DNA of 64,000 nt from Planctomycetota bacterium (GCA_044222185.1 JBGANV010000004.1:472608-536607); one strand, 5' to 3'. Positions 48,656-58,262 are shown, numbered from the stretch's first letter. Notes: generated by a model from the letters alone, not told the origin. Program-made: numbers and translations.

Positions 48656-51468
48656 GTTGCGCTCCCGTCGTCGACCGGTATGTCTTGAAGCAGCTCGTCG
48701 AAGCCCGTTGAGTCGCTCGATGTTGGCCGGGAAGTGTCGGTCGTTGGAGGCGCGGTGGGCGCGTCGTTCTCGGGAGGGCTCTCCGTGGAGATGATCGCGC
48801 TCGCGGGAATCACGACGACGTTGCGTCGAACCCCTTGAATCGTCTTCCGTACATCGCGACGGAGCGCGCCCCCGCGAGTGTCCTTCTCGATGATCAGTTG
48901 GGCATCGTCGAGACGCTGCTTGATCGTCCCCACAGAGAAGGGCAGGTCCTCGCCGGTCTCCTTGGCGAGCTTCTGGACGACAGCGATCGCCGCGGTGAAG
49001 TCCAGGTACAGCGCGTTGCCGTCGAGCCAGCCGACGAGCGTTGACGCCGGCGACATCGGCGTGGTCAGGCCGTCAGGCGACCATCCCCAGCGAGATGGAA
49101 TCGGCGGCGCCGAGCCGTCGACTCCCAACACGTAAGCCCGCCTCGTGGTAATCGCGGTGCCGAGCAGACCGACGAACCGGCGCGCGACGTCGTATTCAGC
49201 CACGTGTCCCGCCTGCTGTTCGCCGACCCCGACCAGTGCGTCACGGCAAGACTTCTGGATCTCAGTGGCGCGGTTCTGATCAATCGCGCGTGCTTTGATG
49301 GCGAATGCGAGGAAGCACTTCAACCCGATCAGGAGATCCGCGATCGCCTCGGGCGTTCGACAGTGCGCGCCGTCGGCTCGGAGTTCGTCGCGGAGACTCG
49401 CAAGCGCGTCGGGCAGCCGGGCGAGGAGCTTGCGCCGAAAGGACGCGAGCCACCTGATGAACCCCGACATCGCGCGCCCATACGCGCCAGAGGTCGCGTC
49501 CGCCTGGCACCCCTTGAGCTTCGTGGCATCGATCGCTCCCTTCGCGATTTCGACGATGATCATGCGCGCCCTGAGGGACTGTCCGCGCGGGATGTCCTCG
49601 CCGGTTGAGAGCAGGAGCGCGCGGGGCGGTTTCGGGGGGCGCAGCGACGTGTCGGCTTTCATGCGGGCGCGACCGCTCGCGTTCGCTTTCGCGCGAATCA
49701 GGCGTTCAGCCTCGCGGTGGATACGAACCCCATCAAGAGCGCTCGTTGGGACGAAGTCGTCGACGACGAGCAAGGCGTCCTTCGCGTAGAAGGCGGTGGC
49801 CTCGAGAGCGTTGCCGGTGGAGGTCCAGCTCGCGGGAAGGTGGTCGGCATCCATCTTCACCCCGAAGTGTCGTTGCATGAGCGCGGCGACCTCGGTCTTG
49901 AATCCTCCGGAGGGACCGAAGAGATGCACGGTCACCTCTGAAGTCGTCATCGCGGCCCTCCACGTTGCGCAGTAAATGGGGGCCGTGATCGAGGGCGGTG
50001 CGAGGTCGAGTAGGCGAAGTGACGCCTGGATGTCGCGCACCAGATCTTCCGGGTCCGGCGGATCGGGCAATGCGAAGTTTGCGAGCGTGCCCTCGAGGCG
50101 GACTTCGATGTTGGGAACCGGACCGCCGGAACCAATCGCGCCGTCGGCGTGGAGGTAGATGGACTCGCCTTCGTATTCACGCCAGCCCGTGTGGCGATAG
50201 ACGGTGCGCGGGACGACGCCGTCGGAGAGGAATTGAACCGCGGCGCGCGTGTGGTCCTTCGCACCGCTTCCCGCGGCGACGATGGCGAGCGGTCCCATGT
50301 GCGCCGTCGGCCAGTTCATGGTCGCGAAGTCAGTGGATGAGACGCGAAACGTGTGCGCGGATCCGTTGAGCGTCGCTTCGATCTGGAACTGGCGGACGGA
50401 TTCGACGCCGTCGTCCTCGGTCACGTCTGCGACGATCGTCGCCGCGAAGTTCGTGAGCTGAACGGGCTGCGTGCCCTCGCTGGTCGGCTTGTAGTAGAAG
50501 ATCCCGTGATCGGTCGCGCCGTAGGGGCAGAACTCCGTCGGTTGCCGCTTCACATCGGGCGCGACGAGCCTCATGAGATCGTCGAACGTCCCCCCGGTCG
50601 CGAAGAAGTCGTCGAGGCCGACCTTTTTGCCATCTGTACCCGAGGGCAAGTAGATCGGGTTGGCCTTTGCACCTCGGCTTCGCACGAAGGCGATCAGTCG
50701 GACCAGTGCGCCGCCGACCGCCTTCTTCTCCATCACATCGGAGTCGAAGACGACGAAGACGTTGCGGTTCTTGAGGACGATCGACTCGAAGCACGCGACC
50801 GCGGCCGATCCGCCCGCAGAGTTCTTCCCGCGCCAGTTCCACACGCCGAGGAGCGCGACGCAGCAGAGGCCGCGCGTGACTGCGGAGTCGGCCTTGCGGG
50901 AGCCCTCGGTGATGAAGAGATCGATCGCGGGATTGCCCAGCGACGCTCGGCTCCCTGGCGGAACGTCGATCACCATCCGCGCGCCCTTCGGCGTCTCGTA
51001 CTTCAGCAGCTTGCCACGCAGCTCGCGAGGGTCGTCGGGGCGGATCTGGTGGAGCGCGACGTTGCCGTGAACGTCGTGGATCGGGATCAACAACGCGGGG
51101 ACGCTGCACTGGACGAATCCGAAGCTGAGCGCACGAAGCTCGTCCTTGTCCGTCACCGAGCGGTAACCGCGCGCCGCAACGACCTCGGGCGAGATTGCGG
51201 ACGCGTCGAGGAGAGATTGATGCTGTGGGAGGAGTGACCGGGTGATCGCGACGGAATGCGCGTTCGCTTCGACGGCGACTCCCTCAGCACTGTGTGGCTC
51301 GACGTCGGCCGGCACTCCATCGGGTGCCTCGGCGCTGGAGACCGCGGCGTCCGGCGGCACGGCGTCGGTTGCGGGGATCGGGTCATTCGGCGCCGCCACG
51401 GTGGGAGGGATGTCGTCAGCTCGATCCGGGCCTTCTGCCTCGCCGTCGTGATCCTCGTCTGCGCTCAT
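48652..51468 (-). CDS. Toprim (DUF3854-like) primase fused to a P-loop helicase-like domain
   Basis: 'ITEGSRKAD', 'GVWNW', 'FDSD', 'GLDDF'; Walker A 'GPSGGFKT', Walker B 'LLVVDD'; ATGA overlap at the start. Confidence 0.85.
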   Translation of the reverse strand: MSADEDHDGEAEGPDRADDIPPTVAAPNDPIPATDAVPPDAAVSSAEAPDGVPADVEPHSAEGVAVEANAHSVAITRSLLPQHQSLLDASAISPEVVAARGYRSVTDKDELRALSFGFVQCSVPALLIPIHDVHGNVALHQIRPDDPRELRGKLLKYETPKGARMVIDVPPGSRASLGNPAIDLFITEGSRKADSAVTRGLCCVALLGVWNWRGKNSAGGSAAVACFESIVLKNRNVFVVFDSDVMEKKAVGGALVRLIAFVRSRGAKANPIYLPSGTDGKKVGLDDFFATGGTFDDLMRLVAPDVKRQPTEFCPYGATDHGIFYYKPTSEGTQPVQLTNFAATIVADVTEDDGVESVRQFQIEATLNGSAHTFRVSSTDFATMNWPTAHMGPLAIVAAGSGAKDHTRAAVQFLSDGVVPRTVYRHTGWREYEGESIYLHADGAIGSGGPVPNIEVRLEGTLANFALPDPPDPEDLVRDIQASLRLLDLAPPSITAPIYCATWRAAMTTSEVTVHLFGPSGGFKTEVAALMQRHFGVKMDADHLPASWTSTGNALEATAFYAKDALLVVDDFVPTSALDGVRIHREAERLIRAKANASGRARMKADTSLRPPKPPRALLLSTGEDIPRGQSLRARMIIVEIAKGAIDATKLKGCQADATSGAYGRAMSGFIRWLASFRRKLLARLPDALASLRDELRADGAHCRTPEAIADLLIGLKCFLAFAIKARAIDQNRATEIQKSCRDALVGVGEQQAGHVAEYDVARRFVGLLGTAITTRRAYVLGVDGSAPPIPSRWGWSPDGLTTPMSPASTLVGWLDGNALYLDFTAAIAVVQKLAKETGEDLPFSVGTIKQRLDDAQLIIEKDTRGGALRRDVRKTIQGVRRNVVVIPASAIISTESPPENDAPTAPPTTDTSRPTSSDSTGFDELLQDIPVDDGSAT

Positions 51469-51680
51469 GCCGTCCTCCGATCCGTGATGGACGGCCACGG
51501 CGGCGACGGAAGGTTCAGAAGCGCCGCGAGCTTCTCGACGTCGTCAGCGGTCCAGAGGAACTGTCCACCCGCGCGCATGGCGGGCTCGATCGCGCCGGAT
51601 CGGATCCGATTGCGGATCCGCGATTCGGGAAGAGGTGGGGTGAAGAGGCGTCGCACCTCGCCGGTCGTCATCAGTTTCAT
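51465..51680 (-). CDS. Small MerR/AlpA-like HTH protein
   Basis: AAGGA RBS; 'MTTGEV...RIRNRIRSGAIEP...FLWTADDVE'. Confidence 0.7.
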   Translation of the reverse strand: MKLMTTGEVRRLFTPPLPESRIRNRIRSGAIEPAMRAGGQFLWTADDVEKLAALLNLPSPPWPSITDRRTA

Positions 51681-51837
51681 GCCGTTCCTTTCCGCAGCTG
51701 TCAGTGCTGCGACGGCATGACCTTGCGACCGAAGTTTGTTTAGGTGCCAGAGAAAAAGAGAACGCCCGGAATCGAGCCATTCCTTCGAGGAAACGGGTCG
51801 ATCGGGCGTGTTGCGAGGATGGGTGTTTAGGACCTGT

Positions 51838-52845
51838 TCAGGTCCAGTTGCTCGGCTTCCCCGCGCGAGCCTGATTGCGTGTGACGGAAGCCTTCAGCAT
51901 CGGGAGCGTCGGCTCGACTTCGATTCTGATCCAGTACTTCTCGCCGTTCGCTGCGTATTCAGGTGGCGGTAGCTCACATCGATCCACGAGACCGTCGAGC
52001 GCCGTTGGCGACGCTGCTCCGCACAGCTCCTGCAGCTGCTTCCGCGTAATTATGTCGTCGCGCCCGGTGGTCTCCGTCAATGCGACCCGATTCGACCTGG
52101 CTGGCGGCACCGTTTCTCCCAGTGCGCTCGAGAGATCGCGCCGTAGCGCGCGGACGTGTTCATGAAGCGAGGCCAGCACGTTCGCAGTAGTCGGCGTGGG
52201 ATGCCGGGCAACGACGCTGCTAATCGCTGTTGCAGAGAGCCGCTCGGTCATCAGTCGTTCCACGATCGCTTGATCAACGTCGCGTTCGAAGCACGCGCGC
52301 GCGAGCGGCAGAACGACGTTTTGGTGAGATGGGGGGTTAGTCTGGAAGACGACGCACGGCAACTGGTGTGGAAGCACATGAAGCGCATCCCTGAGTCGGT
52401 TCGTGCTCCGGGCGATCAGGGTGTCCGGTCCCCCGACATCCTCGCACGCCTTCTGAAACTCCGCGATCAACGCGGGTAAACCGGCGCCGAAGGAGGCCTC
52501 GATGCGGGGGCGGAACTCATCGCCGCAGAGGCGCACGTCATCGACAACGAAGACGTCCATCGCGTCCTTGGTCAGCTGGTCGAGCGCGTCGCCGAGCCGT
52601 CGGAAGAAGCGCCGGGCGTCTTCGCTCGACGGGGAGAAGAGAACCAGCGATCGAACATACGGACGAGTGAGTTCGACGGCACGCCCTGCCACGGCTGCGG
52701 ATCTTCCGCCCCCCACGTTCACCGGGGATGCGGCCGGAGCGATCATGGACACGACACGTTCGACGCGCGTCGTCGCCGCAAACCCCTTCTGCTGGCCGGG
52801 CACGATTGGACCCGTCCGCCCGTCCTGTCCGTACTTGAATGCCAT
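51838..52845 (-). CDS. Hypothetical protein with C-terminal AlpA-like HTH
   Basis: C-terminal 'IITRKQLQELCG...LPPP...YW'; GAGGGA RBS. Confidence 0.6.
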   Translation of the reverse strand: MAFKYGQDGRTGPIVPGQQKGFAATTRVERVVSMIAPAASPVNVGGGRSAAVAGRAVELTRPYVRSLVLFSPSSEDARRFFRRLGDALDQLTKDAMDVFVVDDVRLCGDEFRPRIEASFGAGLPALIAEFQKACEDVGGPDTLIARSTNRLRDALHVLPHQLPCVVFQTNPPSHQNVVLPLARACFERDVDQAIVERLMTERLSATAISSVVARHPTPTTANVLASLHEHVRALRRDLSSALGETVPPARSNRVALTETTGRDDIITRKQLQELCGAASPTALDGLVDRCELPPPEYAANGEKYWIRIEVEPTLPMLKASVTRNQARAGKPSNWT

Positions 52846-53042
52846 ATCGATCCCTCATGGAGGAGTCGCCGCTCCCAGCCACGGCGGATTCCGTCACAGC
52901 CTCCATGGTAGTGAGCCGGGGGGACGGCGGACGAGCGGCTGAGGAGGGCGGGCGATGTCCCGTCCGCAGCGTGCGACCGTTCGCCACGGGAGGGTCCGAC
53001 GACCGGGAATTCGTCGCTCTGGGAATCCCGGGTCGCGCTCGC

Positions 53043-53352
53043 GGGCCATTGGGCCATGGGCCACGGCCCACTTCGGAGAGAGAGCCGGCTGCGGAACGAC
53101 CCCAGATTTCACGGAGGCAGGCGGCCGGGAGCGATCCTGGAGACGTGTGAGAGCGTCGTCGACTACGTCCAAGACGAGGAAGAGGCGGGCCTGATCCAAG
53201 GAACTCTCAAAAACCGATTCTGCGTGATTGACCGGGACCACGCTTCCAACTTCCATGCTCTGAATGGGTTCCAACCGGTCGATGCGAATCTGAGGTTCTA
53301 TACGCCGGGGCCTCTCTCTCCCTATGAGAAATGGCCCATGGCCCAATGGCCC
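53043..53352. repeat. Inverted repeats flanking a 268-bp segment
   Basis: GGGCCATTGGGCCATGGGCCA (53043-53063) and its exact reverse complement (53332-53352); the match extends inward imperfectly. Confidence 0.9.
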
Positions 53353-53358
53353 AGACCG

Positions 53359-54210
53359 TTACCCCTCCAACGCCTGTCGGAGCCGGGTCTCGCAGACGCC
53401 CGTGTAAATCGTCGTGCTCTGGATGGAGGCGTGGTGGAGCGCGGTCTGGACGAGCCGGAGGTCGGAGGTCCGTTCCAGGAGCCGGATGGCGAATCCGTGG
53501 CGGAGGGCGTGGGGTCCAACGTCCACCCCGATTCCAGCAACCCGAAGCCAGTTGCGGAACCGGCGTTGGACTTGGCGGACTGTGACGCGACGGCCGTGGC
53601 GGTCGGTGAACAGGGCTCCGTCTGTCTTGGGGCCGATGAACGCCAGTAAGCGGTCGAGCACCGCTGTCGGGAGAAGGTGTCGCGCGGGTCGCCCCGCCTT
53701 GCTCTGCCGCAGGGTCGCGACCCTCTGTTCCCGATCGATGTCGGCCACGTCGAGCGCGACGGTCGCGCCGATTCGGGCCCCCGTGCCGGACAGGAACGTG
53801 AACAGCGTGTGGTCGCGTTGGGCTTCGAACCCTTGGTTTGCTGCGATCGTCCCGAGCAGGCGGTCCCGGTCGTCGTCGCGAAGCCACCGTGGCGGCGGAC
53901 TCGCACAGAGGGCGCGTCGGACGATGCGGGCGGGGTCGGTTGGGATGATTCCCGCTTCGTGCAGGTAGCGGAACACGCCTCGAACCGAGGTGCGGATCGC
54001 GTTCATGGTGACCGGCCACCTCGAGGCGCGAGTCTCGGGCGCGGCAAGAAACGCTGCGACATCCTCGTGCGTGATTGACTCGACGCTGCGGTCGCCGGCC
54101 CACCCGATGAGCGTCATGACGTGCCGCCGATACTGGGAGATCGTTCCCGGGGCGCGACCGTCCGCCTGCAACTGCGCGAGGAATCGATCGAGGGCGTCTT
54201 GGAGGTTCAT
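53359..54210 (-). CDS. XerC/D-like tyrosine recombinase
   Basis: 'TGARIG', 'PHALRHGFA', 'LHHASIQSTTIY'; 283 aa with core-binding and catalytic domains. Confidence 0.92.
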   Translation of the reverse strand: MNLQDALDRFLAQLQADGRAPGTISQYRRHVMTLIGWAGDRSVESITHEDVAAFLAAPETRASRWPVTMNAIRTSVRGVFRYLHEAGIIPTDPARIVRRALCASPPPRWLRDDDRDRLLGTIAANQGFEAQRDHTLFTFLSGTGARIGATVALDVADIDREQRVATLRQSKAGRPARHLLPTAVLDRLLAFIGPKTDGALFTDRHGRRVTVRQVQRRFRNWLRVAGIGVDVGPHALRHGFAIRLLERTSDLRLVQTALHHASIQSTTIYTGVCETRLRQALEG

Positions 54211-54267
54211 CTTGGAGGTGCCCTGGTTAGAACGAGCGGGCCAAGTTGACCCGCTCCGGAGGATGGA

Positions 54268-54753
54268 TCAGCCCGCCGTCGCGTAGGGGACGGAGGTGAT
54301 CACTCCTGACGCTTTCGCCCAGCTCAGCGCGAGCCTCAGAGCGCGACGCGTCTTCAGGATCGTCGGCTGCGCTTTCGGCTTCCCCTTCTTCGTCTTCGTG
54401 ACGAGGTCGCTCGCTTCGAACGCGGCGATGTCGTCAGGGGTGATCAAACCCGCGACCCTCGAAGCCTCGAAGTGCCTCATGGCAAGTTCCAAGTCACCCC
54501 CGTAGCTCGCGACCGTGGACGCGGTCTTCCCGCGCTCGCGCATGCTGTTCAACCATCCTTCAGCGATCGTCTTCAAGGTGGCAGGGCCGCCACTCGGAGT
54601 GGGTAAGTCTGGCACAGTGCCGAACGCGGCTTCCGGCGCATGGTTCTCCGACGGCGGCGTCGTGCCCTTCGTCTTCTTCCGTGCGGTCGCCACACGGTTC
54701 TTCATCCAGTTTGCGGAGGGTTCGGCCGCGGCCTTCTTGCTCTTCGTCGTCAT
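54268..54753 (-). CDS. Stand-alone integrase core-binding (SAM-like) domain protein
   Basis: 'KTASTVASYGGDL...ITPDDIAAF...PTILKTRRALRLALSWA...GVI'; ends before any catalytic domain. Confidence 0.7.
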   Translation of the reverse strand: MTTKSKKAAAEPSANWMKNRVATARKKTKGTTPPSENHAPEAAFGTVPDLPTPSGGPATLKTIAEGWLNSMRERGKTASTVASYGGDLELAMRHFEASRVAGLITPDDIAAFEASDLVTKTKKGKPKAQPTILKTRRALRLALSWAKASGVITSVPYATAG

Positions 54754-54959
54754 GAGGGGCTCCGTTCTTCGACGACAGCGGCGCGGCCCGGGATCACAAG
54801 GACGATTGTTCCGTCCGGGGTTCGCCCAGGAATCGGAACGCCGTTCAAGCCGCTCGTGAGCGCCTCGAACTCGTCGACGTCCCAGCAGTCCACGATCTGG
54901 TTCCACAACGTGGGATCGGGCGTGAACGTCTCGGGTATCTCGATCAACCGCAGCGTCAT
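54750..54959 (-). CDS. Hypothetical small protein (69 aa)
   Basis: GGAG RBS; ATGA overlap with the downstream gene. Confidence 0.55.
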   Translation of the reverse strand: MTLRLIEIPETFTPDPTLWNQIVDCWDVDEFEALTSGLNGVPIPGRTPDGTIVLVIPGRAAVVEERSPS

Positions 54960-55072
54960 CGTCGCGCTCCATTCACGCCGGCACCATCGCCTGCGCGTGC
55001 GACACATGGAGCCTCGTTTCGCCTCCGATTGGAAGGCAATTCCGCTCGTCTTCCGAGCGGCGGAACCGCGCT

Positions 55073-56353
55073 TCAAAGGATGTAGACACCCGCCTTCTGC
55101 CGAGGCCGAAAATGCCATGCGGCGAGCGCCAGTCCGATCACGCAGTCGTCGTGCATTCCGGACGGCGCGCCAGTCTTGATGTTTCCCGTTTCGCCGACTG
55201 TGAACTCGAATGCTTCGATCTCGTCGATGCCGACCGGCCAGACGATCGCAGACGGCAAGACGATCTCCCGACGTTCGATCAGCAGCACCAGGTTGTCGAT
55301 CAGCGCCGCCTTCGATCGCGACGTGAATGGATATGCGTCCACGCGAACGCCCGCGGCCCGCAGCGTCTCGAACACCGGCTCGCCGGCCCCCGTCGTGTCC
55401 ACCGTAAGCCGGGCGTTGTTGTACCTGCCCGCGATGCCCTTGATCCGCGCGACCTGCGTCGACCAGTCCTCACGGTGGAATCGCTCCGCGTGGACGACGC
55501 GATTCTCCATGTCCATGATCACGAGAACGGTGAAGTCCTCCACCTTCGCGAGGTCCAATCCGCCCACATAGCGAACGTCGGGCCTTGGATCCTCGAAGGT
55601 CCCTGTCGCGCACTCACGCACGCCGCGAAATACCTGGCCCGCGCCCTCCAGGAACTCGCCGCCGAACTCCTGGCGGAAGACGCGCTCCGGAAGCCGATCC
55701 CGCTCCTGTTCGATGAGGACCGCGTTGAGCAGCGGGTTCGTCCAGGACGGCAGGTTCCACGACTGGTAGTCCGGATCGCTGCCGGGCTGCCCTCGGCGCC
55801 ACTGATCGAAGAACCATCCCTTGCCGCGCGGCGTCGAAATCATGAGCGCCCAGCCGTGCTTATCGATCAGGCGTTGGGAGAGGTGCGATTCCCAGATGTG
55901 AGGCCGAAGCCGAGCGGCTTCGTCGATCACGAGCCAGTCCAATCCCTCGCCGAGGAGCGAGACCGGATTGTCCGCGCTCTTGCCACGAATCTCCGACAAC
56001 CCACCACCGAGGTTGCGAAGCACGAGACGACGATCGTGCTCTTTCAGCGTGACGATCCGGTGTCGGAGGTGTTCGGCGGTCAACACCACGATCTCGCGGA
56101 ACACGCGGTCGGCGAGGTCGTACGTCGGCGCGCATACCCATCCGCAGGATCTTCCCGCCGGCATCATCGCTGCTGCGATGCCTTCAGCGGCTGCCGCAAG
56201 AGTCTTTCCCCAACGCACACCGCAGGCGACGATCCGTCGGCGCGCCGTCGAACGGTGGATCTGCACCTGTCCCGCGTGCGGCGCGTAGCCGAGGGACTCG
56301 AACAGTGCCCGCTTGCTGACGCGGAGATCAACTGCCGGTTGCGCTCCAGTCAT
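55073..56353 (-). CDS. Phage terminase large subunit
   Basis: 'GVRWGKT', 'LVIDEAA', 'ISTPRG', 'FRQEF', nuclease motifs 'GLDLA...DFT' and 'HDDCV'. Confidence 0.9.
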   Translation of the reverse strand: MTGAQPAVDLRVSKRALFESLGYAPHAGQVQIHRSTARRRIVACGVRWGKTLAAAAEGIAAAMMPAGRSCGWVCAPTYDLADRVFREIVVLTAEHLRHRIVTLKEHDRRLVLRNLGGGLSEIRGKSADNPVSLLGEGLDWLVIDEAARLRPHIWESHLSQRLIDKHGWALMISTPRGKGWFFDQWRRGQPGSDPDYQSWNLPSWTNPLLNAVLIEQERDRLPERVFRQEFGGEFLEGAGQVFRGVRECATGTFEDPRPDVRYVGGLDLAKVEDFTVLVIMDMENRVVHAERFHREDWSTQVARIKGIAGRYNNARLTVDTTGAGEPVFETLRAAGVRVDAYPFTSRSKAALIDNLVLLIERREIVLPSAIVWPVGIDEIEAFEFTVGETGNIKTGAPSGMHDDCVIGLALAAWHFRPRQKAGVYIL

Positions 56354-56789
56354 CCTTCTCTCCGGGCTTGAGCATCAGTGTCTCGTACTCGCGCTTGATG
56401 ATCGTTGCGACGTCGAGCACAGAACGGTCGGAGGGCTCGCCGCGGATCACCCGCTCCTGATCGACCGCAGCGGCCAACGCTTTCGCGGCAGCCGTGGCGT
56501 TGTCCAGCGGCATGTTCTTCAACGCCTCGATGGCTCGGTTCTGGATCAGGTGGACGAGGCGCAAGTGCCGATCGTTCATCTCCTCGAGCGACTCAATCGC
56601 CTTCTTCTGTGCTTGCTCGCGGGCAGCACGCTCCTGCTGGGCGACCCGGTTCTGCCAGTTCTCCTTCTTCGCCCGCGTACAGACAGAGCGCTTGCACACG
56701 CCGAACTTCTCGGCAATGGCGCCGTAGGATCGGGCCGGGCCGAGTGCGAGGTAGGTCTCGAACGCGTCGTGGGGGAGCTTGCGAGTCAT
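56328..56789 (-). CDS. Putative terminase small subunit
   Basis: N-terminal HTH 'RSYGAIAEKFGV...W' plus helical region; directly upstream of and overlapping TerL. Confidence 0.7.
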   Translation of the reverse strand: MTRKLPHDAFETYLALGPARSYGAIAEKFGVCKRSVCTRAKKENWQNRVAQQERAAREQAQKKAIESLEEMNDRHLRLVHLIQNRAIEALKNMPLDNATAAAKALAAAVDQERVIRGEPSDRSVLDVATIIKREYETLMLKPGEKDDWSATGS

Positions 56790-56918
56790 TTCACGAGAAA
56801 TGTCACCGCGCACACGAGCATCACGTACGCGATGAAAAGGAACTGAATCCACGGGGCAGAGTTCTCCGCGAAGTCCTCGCGGATCCTCCGACTCTGGGTA
56901 CGGACGAACCCGATGAGG

Positions 56919-58262
56919 TCACGCATGGTTGCTTCTCCGTTCGTCTGCACTCGCTGCGAACGTCCGCCCCGAGCCTTCGAGCGTGGCCTCGCGACCGGTC
57001 GCTGTCTGCCAGCGCGTCACGATGACGTCGCAGTACGCCTCGTCGAGTTCCATCAGGAACGCGCGGCGGTTCGTCTGCTCTGCGGCCATGAGCGTCGAGC
57101 CGGATCCTCCGAAGAGGTCGAGGACGTTCTGGTTGATCAGCGATGAATAACCGATCGCGCGAGCCGCGAGTTCGACAGGCTTCTCCGTCAGGTGGACCAT
57201 TTTCACGGGCGCGACCTTCTGGATCTCCCAGACGTCGGGGATGTTGTTTGGGCCGAAGAAGACGTGCGCGGCGCCTTCCTTCCAGCCGTAGAAGCACCAC
57301 TCGTGGTTGCCCATGAAGTCCTTGCGCGTGAGGACGGGGTGGCCCTTCACCCAGATCACGGCCTGCGAGAAGTAGAGGCCGTGGCGCTTCAGGACGGGCG
57401 GGTAGTTCCCGCAGTTCGCGTAGCCACCCCAGATGTAGAACCCGCCGCCGGGCACGAGGACCCGTGCGATGTTGCCGAACCAGGCGTCGAGGAGCGCGTC
57501 GAATGCTTCATCGCTCACGAAGTCATTGGCGAGAGGGCGATCCTTCGCGCGCATCTTCGGCGAAGCCCGACGCGTGCCACCCTCCGCGTCGCTCCGCTGG
57601 TGTTGCATCGTTCCCTGGAACGAGGAGAGGCCGGCCGCGATCGCGTTGTTCGATCGGGGCTCCACCTTCACGTTGTACGGCGGGTCGGTGGTTACGAGGT
57701 GGACGAGCGCGCCGGCGAGGAGCCGATCGAGATCCTGGGCGCTGCCGGAATCGCCGCACATGAGTCGATGCCGCCCCAGGGTCCACAGATCGCCGCGCTT
57801 CGTCACGGGGTTGTCGGGCGGGAGCGGAGGTTCGTCTTCGGCGACATCGCCAACATCCGAGAGCAACTCGTCCACGTCCGCGTCGCTGAATCCCACACCA
57901 TCCATCGCGCCGGCATCACGCAGCTCGGAGAGGATCCTCGCGAGCACCTCGTCGTCCCACGTTGCGGTCTCGGCCGACCTGTTCAACGCGATGCCGAGCG
58001 CCGTCGCCGTCATGTCGTCTACGTCCAGCTCGACCACATCGGCCTCGCTCCAGCCGAGCGCCTTCATGGCCGTGAGACGCCCGTGCCCGCCGATGATGCG
58101 TCCGGTCTTCGCCTGGACCACGAGCGGTTCGGCTTGTCCGAAACGACGAAGCGACGCCGTGATCGCATCGAGGTTCTCGTCGGGGTGGCGACGCGCGTTC
58201 GCGGGGTCGGGGACGAGGGACGAGAGTGGACGACGCCTGATCGTCAGCGAGTCTCCGGACAT
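56919..58262 (-). CDS. ParB-like domain + DNA methyltransferase (phage type)
   Basis: 'PDPANAR', 'IIGGHGRL'; 'TDPPYN', 'HLTEKP', 'LDLFGGSGST'; GGAGG RBS. Confidence 0.9.
   Translation of the reverse strand: MSGDSLTIRRRPLSSLVPDPANARRHPDENLDAITASLRRFGQAEPLVVQAKTGRIIGGHGRLTAMKALGWSEADVVELDVDDMTATALGIALNRSAETATWDDEVLARILSELRDAGAMDGVGFSDADVDELLSDVGDVAEDEPPLPPDNPVTKRGDLWTLGRHRLMCGDSGSAQDLDRLLAGALVHLVTTDPPYNVKVEPRSNNAIAAGLSSFQGTMQHQRSDAEGGTRRASPKMRAKDRPLANDFVSDEAFDALLDAWFGNIARVLVPGGGFYIWGGYANCGNYPPVLKRHGLYFSQAVIWVKGHPVLTRKDFMGNHEWCFYGWKEGAAHVFFGPNNIPDVWEIQKVAPVKMVHLTEKPVELAARAIGYSSLINQNVLDLFGGSGSTLMAAEQTNRRAFLMELDEAYCDVIVTRWQTATGREATLEGSGRTFAASADERRSNHA

Noticed and set aside
52894-53649. Two opposing ORFs both starting MGHGP
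   Set aside because: The shared start is a by-product of the inverted repeat; there are no recognisable domains and one overlaps the recombinase antisense. Not called as genes, though the minus-strand one cannot be fully excluded.
53359-54210. Integron integrase or chromosomal xerC
   Set aside because: Short, with no evident IntI-specific insertion and no attC cassettes seen; the mobile-element context argues against the housekeeping gene, so no symbol was given.
45899-58262. Intact prophage
   Set aside because: No capsid, portal, tail or lysis genes are recognisable in the window.
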